From Octopus sinensis (taxonomy: Eukaryota), in contig NC_043010.1 of the NCBI RefSeq assembly GCF_006345805.1, positions 23,374,001-23,438,000 of the forward strand: a stretch of DNA of 64,000 nucleotides. The letters are read 5' to 3'. The notes below the pieces were generated by a model that had not been told where the DNA came from, made no database searches, and saw only the letters and a program-made list of their open reading frames with translations. Below, piece after piece: positions 53,357 to 64,000 of this stretch. Made by a program: the position numbers and the translations under genes. Numbering within the stretch: the stretch's first letter is position 1; every line of letters starts with the position of its first letter.

Positions 53357-54310
53357 CTTCATTAAAAAGCAGCAAAAATATCACAAAAGCTGTTACTCAG
53401 AGTTTCACGTTCGCGTTCGTCGGGCAGTTTTGTTTCGAATAGAAGAAAATAAGGTTATATGCATAAATATACATTTACTTTGATAAATAGAAGGTTAGCT
53501 ATTCTTGTTGCAAAACTTCGTCTCTTTTATTAATCAGCATGGCACAAAAATTATTACAAACAACCACAGTGCCGAATCTAATCTGAGGAACTGCAACTAC
53601 AAAGATTTGACTTGCTGTCTGTTAGAAGGTAAATGTCTTGAAAAAGTAATTGTTGATAGCGCTAAAATGCAAATAGATAACTCACAAGAATATAAAACTT
53701 GCACAGGTCCTTCGGAAAATTCATTCAAGACTCGGTTTTATTCCCACCGAAATTCTTTCCTATACCCCAAGCAACAATTCTTGCAAAACATGTCTGGAAT
53801 TTGAAAGAGAATGACACCCGTCCTGGAAAAAGCACCACCATACAGACATGGGGCTTACAGAAGACCTATGAAATGTAATCTTTGCCTTTGAGAAAATTCT
53901 TTCATCCTGTTCCAGGATCAACATGCATTGAACAAGAGACACGAGCTCTTAAATTCCTGCAGGCACGCTGCGTAGTTTAAGATGTTGCTTAGTATGTCTT
54001 TGAAATTCTAAATATATATGTATTTTTGCGTAAAAATTTTCTTTAGGCGGATATATCTTTTAACTTATCTAAATTTATAATTATTTTTTACCGCCAAATA
54101 TTTACCCTGGTATTCAGGTATTTTTTCTTTCTACATGAGCTATTTTTGATTCAACGTTTTCTTAAATGTTTGTACTAATATGATTTTAAACCGCAATTGT
54201 AATTTTATGCAACTTTAGTTTGTTCCATTCTAAACAAAAATGTTCGACAAACGGGATCGTGAAAATCTGAGTAACAGTTTTTGTGATATTTTTTCTGCTT
54301 TTTAGTACAG
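53357..54310 (+). mobile_element. Naiad-type PLE 3' fragment with an inverted 3'-UTR piece at its 5' end
   Basis: INQHG.KII..NCN...CCLLEGKCL..IV...TG.SENSFKTRFYSH; 53357-53430 is the reverse complement of ~54240-54308. Confidence 0.75.
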
Positions 54311-54341
54311 CATATCATTCCACCTCCGGTATTCGAGTACT

Positions 54342-54377
<36 letters not shown>

Positions 54378-54619
54378 TTATTTATATTATGTATGCATGT
54401 ATGCATGTATGTATGTGTGTGGTTGTGTTTGTCCCCCACCATCACTTGACAACCGATTCGGCAAAAAGCGATCCATAGCATAAGAACTAGGCTTACAAAG
54501 AATAAGTCCTGGAGTCGATTTGTTCGACTAAAAGCGGTGCTCCAGCATGGCCGCAGTCAAATGGCTGAAACCAATAAAATAATAAATGAATATATGTATA
54601 CACACATACACATATATAT

Positions 54620-55679
54620 ACCATACCAAAAGTGAGGTCTCCAAAGTGCTGGAGACAAATAGAAACTGTGCGTGCAGCTATAGGCAACACTGTTGTGTTT
54701 GTTGTGCAATTGCCCGCGCCTGCCGCTGCGCACGCCTCGCTGCCATGCCCAGTCTTGACTTGGCAGTCGTATCTGATGGAGCTCCCGATTGACGCCAATT
54801 GTGAAGTTCGCACAGTTATTCGGTTTTTGAACGCAATTTCATTAAACCGTTTGAAATTCATCGCCCATTAACGGAAGTGTATGACGAGTCGTGCATGGAT
54901 GTCGAAAACGTCTGCAAGCGATTTACGGAGTTTGCAGCTGGTCGTATTGAAATTCATGACGAAGTGATCGACTAACAATTTCCGACGACACAGTAACGAA
55001 GGTTGAGCAAATCCTGCGTGGAAATCTGCGTATCACTCTGGATGATCTCCGCACGTTGGTTCCTGAGGATTCCTGAAGCACCATTCACAGGGTTTTCAGT
55101 AAAAAGTTGCAGAGTATATAGAGCATTAGAGGAAATACTAATAGGGAAAATGTATTCTAAAATTGTGAAGCATATTACGTAATAACAGGCTAATCATATA
55201 TAAGATAATATAATTCAAAGTAAATAACTCAGAAAAGGCTTTTGTGCATTCCCAGAGAATATTACCCTCGGGAGCGCTAGTGTCACTAACCAAAATAAGT
55301 GGATCTATTGTTTAGGTATTAGTCCCAAGAATGTTCACAGAAGACCATAAACGGTAACCCACCTTATAGTCCTGACTTGAAGCCCAGTGACTACCACCTG
55401 TTCGCTAAGTCGAAAGAACATTTGGCCGGAACGCGCTTCAGCATCGACGACGAGGTGAAAGAAGAGGTTCAACGCTTCTTCAAAGACATGGCGGTAAGCT
55501 GGTATGACATGGGCATACAAAAACTGCCACAGCGCCTACAAAAATGCATCGATCGAAATAGCGATTATGCAGAAAAAGAGATAAATGTACAAACATCAAA
55601 ATTATGTAAACATCATTGACAATAAACATTTCTGTGATTTCTAAATGTTTTTGGAGACCTTACTTTTGAGATTACCCTC

Positions 55680-55682
<3 letters not shown>
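54620..55682 (+). mobile_element. mariner (DD34D) relic with its interior replaced
   Basis: CEVRTVIRFLNA N-terminus; YSPDLKPSDYHLF; GIQKLPQRLQKCID; right TIR TTTTGGAGACCTTACTTTTGAGATTACCCTCG-TA. Confidence 0.85.
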
Positions 55683-55722
<40 letters not shown>

Positions 55723-56607
55723 AGCTGATGCACTCGGTAATTCCCGGGAAAGCGGGGCTCATCTCTTGGTTCCGTTCTCATAATTGTTTCGCTAATCCAA
55801 TAACAATACAAAGTATGTAGCCCTTAAAACAGTTTTGTGCATTTACAGAGAATACCGAACTGTCTTACACAGGATCTTGCTTTTAGGATTTCCCAATAAG
55901 TTATGAATACCCAAATTGTGAGGTCAGTTATGTAATAGCATGAAATTAATTACCCGGTAATAAGAATTGAAATAAAGTAGCCCCGAAAAGAGTATATAGA
56001 ACATAGAACGAAATACTAATAAGGCATGTATTCTAAAATCATGAAGCATGTTACGTAATAACAGGCTAATCAGATATGAGATAATAACGATTCAAAGTAA
56101 ATAACTCTAAAAAGCGCTTTTATGCGTTTGCAGAGAATATTACCCCCAGGGGCGCCAGTGTTGGTATATTCGTGAAGAAATCACTAACCGAAATAAGTGG
56201 ATATATTGTTTAGGAGAATATTATTTGCTTGTTTAAAGGGTTGTACAGGATAAATTGCGAAAATATCTCTAATAGTCCACATATTCAGAAATGAGCATAC
56301 TCAATTTCATTGTTACCAAATAGTTTAGGAAAGTGAATGAGTTATTTCCCTTTCGTATATATAAGGATCTCTTCCAGCGGCGGAAGGGTTATTTCCCTTG
56401 GTTTTAAAAATAAAATATATTAGATTTATATAAGGATCCCTTCAAGGGCCTTATTATCAATTTCTTCAACAATCTAACTATTCTATGAGGTTTCTAGATA
56501 TGAGTTCTACTCATGTATCAAGTTTAATCAACTTCGATAAAACGACGTAGAGGTGTTAGCTAACAACTCCACAGACACACCTACAGACAGAATTTCCCAC
56601 ATATGTA

Positions 56608-56680
<73 letters not shown>

Positions 56681-56700
56681 TATATATATGATGTATGTAT

Positions 56701-56736
<36 letters not shown>

Positions 56737-56745
56737 GTATATATG

Positions 56746-56798
<53 letters not shown>

Positions 56799-56942
56799 GT
56801 CACGATACAAGTATTGTGACCTTTAAATGAATAATATGTACCTCTCACCCAATGGAATACCTTTTTTGTTGAATTTTCTATCACTGATGAGTTCAATACA
56901 GACACATGCACACACACACACACACACATACACACACACATG

Positions 56943-56974
<32 letters not shown>

Positions 56975-57009
56975 CAAATATGTCTGTATATGTTTGCATG
57001 TATGTTTCA

Positions 57010-57440
57010 ATGCACTGGCGAGTATGTGTGGTAAGAAGATTGCTTCCCAACCACATTATTCAGGATTCAGTCCCACTGTGTGACACCTTGGGCAAGTGTT
57101 TTCTGCTATAGCATTGCGCTGACTAAAGCCTTATGAGTGGATTTGTTAGATGGAAACTGAAAGAAATTTGGAGTGTATTTATATATATGTGTGTGTGCGC
57201 GCGCGTGTGTGTGTATGTGTGTGTTGTGTGTGTTGTGTGTGTGTGTGTGTGTGTGTTTGTGTGTGTCTATATTTGTCCTCTCACCACCGGTATTGTGTTT
57301 ACGTCCCGGTAAATTAGCAGTTCGGCAAAAGTGATCGACAGAATAAGGACTAGGCTTACAAAGAACAAGTCCTGGAATCGATTTGTTCGACTAAAGGCGG
57401 TGATCCAGCATGGCCGCAAACAAATGACTGAAATACTTAA
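57010..57440 (+). mobile_element. SINE family A
   Basis: homology to other A copies. Confidence 0.85.
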
Positions 57441-58024
57441 AAGAATGAAAGAATAAACATACAAACAGGCAGTCATTCTTACACAGCACACAAATGCACG
57501 ACACGCAACGGACAACAAATACCCGAGGAAAACCGCATATCTTTTACATTCCTGCGTGCGCGCCCACCCAAGCAAAACACACACACGCGCACACACACAT
57601 ACAGACACACACACATAGACACAACGCAACAAATTAATGTGCACACAAGCCCAATTACTCTCCCACCTACGCTCTCTAACCTCCCCTTTGGACTTCCGGT
57701 CAGTCAACGGTCAACTCTATGGCCAGCTTAACGTTGGCATTTACACCATGATTGCTCTTTATCTTTCGATTTTGCCACATCTTTTTCTCCTCTTACTCCA
57801 CTTGAAAATCTACCCCAGTGTAAGATAATGTCCGAAATGTCATAACAATTAACTTTTTCCATTTCTCTGCGTATGAAACTTATAATGTTGACGGTGAACT
57901 TTTCCGGTTTGGAATTTAACACACACACACACGCCCGCACACACTCTCGCATGTATCTGTGTGTGTATAAGTTTATATGCATGTACGAATATGCGTATAT
58001 GTTCGTATATTCACGTATATATAT

Positions 58025-58543
58025 ATTGTTGTGCATGCGGATATTTTCGTCAAGTAAACGTGTGAGGAGAGATTACACAATAACATATACATATACAGAC
58101 GCAGACACCTTCGCACACACAAACATATACAACTGCTTAAAATTTGTATATATATATGTATGTATATGTATATAGATATACATATATATATACACATATA
58201 TATATACACATATATATAGATATACATATATATATATATATGCTTATATTTAGCATTGCACTGCACTGAAGCAGTATAACGCTAGATAGCGCATGTAAAC
58301 GAACTTCTTAATCAGAGAGTGCACAACAGGTCAGTAGGTAGGTGGTGCTATGAATTTGTGTGTATATGAAAATAAAGAAACAGGAAGGAAAATAATGGAA
58401 TCACAAACATACTACGTGCACAAAACACCATAACACGAAATATTTAACACAAAGAAGATATACATATATATATACATGTATATATACATACGTATACACA
58501 TATATACTTACATAGATACATGTATATATATATATATACATGT

Positions 58544-58589
<46 letters not shown>

Positions 58590-59139
58590 GTACATTCATA
58601 GATACATACATGTGTATATGTAGATATATGAACGTATGTGTATATATATATGTATGTGCATGCATATATATACATATGTAGTTGTATGTATATATGCATA
58701 TGTATGTGTATATATGTATATATATGTATGTATGTGTATATATATATATGTATGTGTTTATATATATGTATGTACGTGTATGTATAAGAACATATGTATG
58801 TGTGTATATATATGTATGTATGTATGTTTATATATATGTTTTTACGTATATATATTTATATATATGTATATGTATGTGTGCATATATATATGTGTGTGTG
58901 TGTATCGGTATAATATATATATATATATGTGTGTGTGTATATGTATGTTTATATAATTATATATGCATGTGTATATATATATGTATATCTATATACATAT
59001 ACATACATATATATATACAAATTTTACGCAGTTATATATGTTTGTGTGTGCGAAGGTGTCTGCGTCTGTATATGTATATGTTATTGTGTAATCTCTCCTC
59101 ACACGTTTACTTGACGAAAATATCCGCATGCACAACAAT
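58025..59139. repeat. ~185-bp inverted repeat around a TA/TG-rich spacer
   Basis: 58025-~58210 is the reverse complement of ~58955-59139, with few mismatches. Confidence 0.9.
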
Positions 59140-59517
59140 TTCATACAATATATACACATAAAAATCTACGTAGAGATGAATATTTGCATTGGAAAAAGAA
59201 ATACAAACAAATGAAATATAATAAATACACTTTATAACCTCCTTGAATAAATCCAATTATCTTCTTGCTAAACTTCAAACAGAATCACTCTACAGACCGT
59301 GAATTTTCGCCATTGAACCTGAACATTTCAAGGATTTTTTCCCAATAATCCATCTTCGCATAGTTTCGTTTATGAGAAGAACTCTGCCATTTTGCCCTAT
59401 GTCTGAATCGATTTTCAAACCGCGACACCTATGCACACGGTCTGACTGATATACAGATATACATACCGACATAGATATAGAAATAAATACAGGCGATACA
59501 CCTCTCTCTCTCTCTCT

Positions 59518-59589
<72 letters not shown>

Positions 59590-59620
59590 TTTAATATTTA
59601 AAATGCATATATATATATAT

Positions 59621-59652
<32 letters not shown>

Positions 59653-59668
59653 CATATATTAATATTTA

Positions 59669-59716
<48 letters not shown>

Positions 59717-59784
59717 ACATAATATATATATTTAATATGCATATATGTATGCATATGTTATATATGTGTACGTATGTACACACG

Positions 59785-59835
<51 letters not shown>

Positions 59836-60229
59836 CTAAGTAATTAAGGGTTTAGCAACGAATTGCCTCACCAACACACCGAATTTAGAAATAGCAGTCA
59901 AAGAGATATAGCTATTCCTTCTACTAAAAGGGGGATCTCAGTAAAAACACAGCACTTGAAAGGCAAATACAGACAGGTAAGAAAGAAAGAATGAAATGAC
60001 GGCAATCCATCATGCAATTTTACGTTACCTACGGACGTACGTTTCGAGATCAAGTTTTAGGATAGCGTAAGAATTAGTGGCTACACGCGGGTGGAAGGGG
60101 GCTGGTGACACAAACTTTCATTCAAACTTTGAATTTCGTGGTACTGGTCATGCTTTAGCTCGCTCTGAGTTGAGATGATGCATTCTAGTATCTCAAAATT
60201 TAATATACAATTATTCATAATTGTAGTAT

Positions 60230-60321
60230 CCTGCGCCGATGAGAGAAGAAGTACGGGTAAAGTAGAATTTTCTAATTCTTACGCTATCCTAAAACTTGAT
60301 CTCGAAACGTACGTCCGTAGG
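60230..60321 (+). ncRNA. type I hammerhead motif, array unit 1 (U4C core)
   Basis: CCUGCG-CCGAUGA-GAGA...UCUC-GAAAC-GUAC-GUC^CGUAGG. Confidence 0.75.
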
Positions 60322-60806
60322 TAACGTAAAATTGCATGATGGATTGCCGTCATTTCATTCTTCTTTCTTACCTGTCTGTGTTTGCCTTTCAAGTGCTGTG
60401 TTTTTACTGAGATCCCCCTTTTAGTAGAAGGAATAGCTATATCTCTTTGACTGCTATTTCTAAATCGGTGTGTTGGTGAGGCAATTCGTTGCTAAACCTT
60501 AATTACTTAGTATTACTTAAATTTTCCTCGAATGGGGCTTTTACATGCTGAAATCTACTTGGTGTAATTGATAATTATCCCTAATTAATTAATTTCACCT
60601 TTTATTATTACTGATAACCATATTTTATCCAGTAAATGACCACAGCATTTTGTCTTGGCTACACGCGGGTGGAAGGGGGCTGGTGACACAAACTTTCATT
60701 CAAACTTTGAATTCGTGGTACTGGTCATGCTTTAGCTCGCTCTGAGTTGAGATGATGCATTCTAGTATCTCAAAATTTAATATACAATTATTCATAATTG
60801 TAGTAT

Positions 60807-60898
60807 CCTGCGCCGATGAGAGAAGAAGTACGGGTAAAGTAGAATTTTCTAATTCTTACGCTATCCTAAAACTTGATCTCGAAACGTACGTCCGTAGG
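60807..60898 (+). ncRNA. type I hammerhead motif, array unit 2
   Basis: same motif as unit 1. Confidence 0.75.
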
Positions 60899-61385
60899 TA
60901 ACGTAAAATTGCATGATGGATTGCCGTCATTTCATTCTTTCTTTCTTACCTGTCTGTGTTTGCCTTCAAGTGCTGTGTTTTTACTGAGATCCCCCTTTTA
61001 GTAGAAGGAATAGCTATATCTCTTTGACTGCTATTTCTAAATTCGGTGTGTTGGTGAGGCAATTCGTTGCTAAACCCTTAATTACTTAGTATACTTAAAT
61101 TTTCCTCGAATGGGGCTTTTACATGCTGAAATCTACTTGGTGTAATTGATAATTATCCCTAATTAATTAATTTCACCTTTTATTATTACTGATAACCATA
61201 TTTTATCCAGTAAATGACCACAGCATTTTGTCTTGGCTACACGCGGGTGGAAGGGGGCTGGTGACACAAACTTTCATTCAAACTTTGAATTTCGTGGTAC
61301 TGGTCATGCTTTAGCTCGCTCTGAGTTGAGATGATGCATTCTAGTATCTCAAAATTTAATATACAATTATTCATAATTGTAGTAT

Positions 61386-61477
61386 CCTGCGCCGATGAGA
61401 GAAGAAGTACGGGTAAAGTAGAATTTTCTAATTCTTACGCTATCCTAAAACTTGATCTCGAAACGTACGTCCGTAGG
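61386..61477 (+). ncRNA. type I hammerhead motif, array unit 3
   Basis: same motif as unit 1. Confidence 0.75.
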
Positions 61478-63129
61478 TAACGTAAAATTGCATGATGGAT
61501 TGCCGTCATTTCATTCTTTCTTCTTACCTGTCTGTGTTTGCCTTTCAAGTGCTGTGTTTTTACTGAGATCCCCCTTTTAGTAGAAGGAATAGCTATATCT
61601 CTTTGACTGCTATTTCTAAATTCGGTGTGTTGGTGAGGCAATTCGTTGCTAAACCCTTAATTACTTAGTATTACTTAAATTTTCCTCGAATGGGGCTTTT
61701 ACATGCTGAAATCTACTTGGTGTAATTGATAATTATCCCTAATTAATTAATTTCACCTTTTATTATTACTGATAACCATATATATATATATATATATATG
61801 TACGTATACATACACACATACATACACATACATGCATACATACAACCCACACAAACACATACATAAATATTTGCTTATATACATGTACGTGTGCATAGAA
61901 ATACACATATTGACATGTATCTTTGTTGAATGCACACATAGATACACACACACGCATGCACGCACACATACTTACAGATTGTTCGCTTTAATCGCTATGT
62001 TTTCAAACCCCATAACTGACCGTCTGCTGCTATTTATAGCCGGTTTCCCACACCAGCTGAATGTTCGATAATTCACAGAAACATCTTGATATCCTAGAAA
62101 GTTATTCTATCGTAAATACAGGCTTATTTTCTATTCGATATTCGTTATTCATTCCTCATATACCTTGGTCATAACACCATCTGAGTGCTTATTAGCTGTG
62201 GAGAATTTTCGAGGTATAACGTTATCGTTTAGACGAACTAAGAGGCTACTTATGGAGTATAATGAAAGTGCATCGTCTTCTGCCCTAGCTGTATTGAGCT
62301 TGCGATTATAGGATCCTAGTTTCGATTCGTGTGCCGGCTGATACATTTGACTGGAGGCATTACCTTTCACGTTGCACTAGATTTCTCAATTTAAAATGAG
62401 TACCAAGTTAGTGTTTGTGCAATCTGCCCCACCTCTAACTCTCATATCTTTGGTGATCCTCTGTGTGGAGGGCTGGAAGGGTCCAGAGTGTGTCTATATA
62501 TGCTTATGAGCAAAGCATCATCACGGCCAGCTATCACAATAACAAAAAAACTAACAGTGCAGCAATGTCACCGAAGCTCCATCAAATGTTGGGGTCAATC
62601 ACGCCACCAACAGCCAAACGGTTACTTGACAAACGAAACTACATCTTAAAACAATATACACATAAATACATGTCAGAAGAGACTGTTCCATTTCCCCAAA
62701 TTTCTTGTTTGTCCATCTTAATCTCCGTAAACTGACGATACCCAAAACAAGGGAACACACCAAGAAATGGTGGTCGTAGACGGAGAAAACAAACATCAAA
62801 ACCAACCATAAAAGTTATTTTGGTTAAATTTTCGGCTTCAGTACTTCGAACAATTACCTGAAAGACTTAGCCTGGCACAGCTACAGCAATATGGAATGAT
62901 CATTTTCAGTTCGAGATTATTCCTACAAACACTGAAATGTTATCAGTGCTCTTGTCCTAGTTGTTTCCATAGGGACAAAATCGTTTTACATACCACCGTT
63001 CAGTAGCCGAGCATTGCTCACTTGTGGAATTATGTCAAACGGCTGTTTTTAGTATCTAGGAAAGATCCATCTAACAACGGAGTCCGTCGTTGATCAGTAA
63101 CCAAGAAGAGCTGACACTTTTACGAAGTC

Positions 63130-63660
63130 TAATAGTAATGACGAAAATTGTTGGAATGTGGGCAAGATGAAAAGAATTGAGGTCAGATAAGGGTTCACGT
63201 GGCTATGTGGCAAGAAGCTAGTTTCACAACCATATGGTTCCGGGTTCAATCCCACTGCGTAGCACCTTTGGGAACTGTCTTCTAATTCTGAAGACATACT
63301 CTTCACATTCGCCCATCTTGTAACAAAGTTTCTGGAACGATCACAAAGTTTTGTGAGTGGCAGACGGAAGCTGAAAGAAACCTGCCCTATATAAATAAAT
63401 AAATATATTTATATTTATATATATATATAAACACACACACATACACGCGCGCGCGAGTGTGTGTGTGTGTTTGTCCCCACCAATGCCTGACAACAGGTGT
63501 TGGTGTGTATACGTCCCCATAACTTAGCAGTTCGGTAAAAAAGACCAACAGAATAAGTACCCGGCTTTGAAGAAAATAGATACTAGGTTGATTCATTCGA
63601 CTAAAATTTTTCAAAGTGGTGCACCAGCATGGCCGCTCTCTAGTAAGTGACTCGTAAAAA
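63130..63660. mobile_element. SINE family A fragments in both orientations
   Basis: homology to family A head and tail. Confidence 0.7.
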
Positions 63661-64000
63661 AAAAGAATGAAAAACAAAATATGTACTTTATTCCGCGGTT
63701 TAGCTCTCATGTCTCCCTTAAAGTCCAAACTGGAATGGAGGATGAGGATGAAGAGCATAGAGTACTTGGATCCAGAAAATTTACTCCAAGGTAGACGAGC
63801 GTGGAGAGTATGTCTCAGGGTTATCTGCCTGTTTTCATCATGTATGTGTAGATCGAAGAATAAAGCTGCGTGAAAACCTCAATCTTGGCAGTCAGCCTGA
63901 TCCTTATTGAGTCTAATCCTTCATTCGTCTTCGGTAGCCACCACAATTCGCGGACATCTCATTTCATTTCTTTTATGTAACTTATTGTCTTCCATATGTT

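Larger units (their letters stand above)
59834..61780. repeat. 578-bp HHR-containing tandem array (3 units, 60078-61780) preceded by an inverted partial unit (59834-60077)
   Basis: unit starts TGGCTACACGCGG at 60078, 60656 and 61234; (TA)n on both flanks. Confidence 0.95.

Noticed and set aside
62690-62765. CTGACGATACCC...AGGGAAC as a hammerhead
   Set aside because: No GAAA and no downstream NUH or stem I; too degraded.

Overview
Eukaryotic, AT-rich, gene-poor and microsatellite-dense DNA with one 100-N gap (52684-52783). The tRNA-derived SINE families present look like octopus SINEs, so a cephalopod (Octopus) origin is likely; this is inference. I see no complete host gene, only one or two possible small exons. 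Nearly everything is transposable elements or simple repeats: four tRNA-headed SINE families (labelled A-D here), Tc1/mariner relics (mariner DD34D, maT DD37D, one DD36E), an internally deleted Gypsy element with both LTRs, PBS and TSD, an L1/Tx1-type 3' fragment, R4/Dong-type RLE LINEs, and many Penelope-like elements (PLEs). The most notable signal is a set of type I hammerhead-ribozyme (HHR) motifs from several unrelated families. They include (i) a tRNA-headed SINE-like element with a minimal HHR in its 3' part, present as inverted pairs at two loci; (ii) a non-coding 578-bp tandem array with one HHR per unit (retrozyme-like); and (iii) a nearly intact Naiad/Chlamys-like PLE with a canonical HHR. 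A second theme is three LINE families, each sitting inside a specific microsatellite: (TAA)n, (CATA)n and (ATCT)n. Most ORF-track entries are translations of microsatellites.
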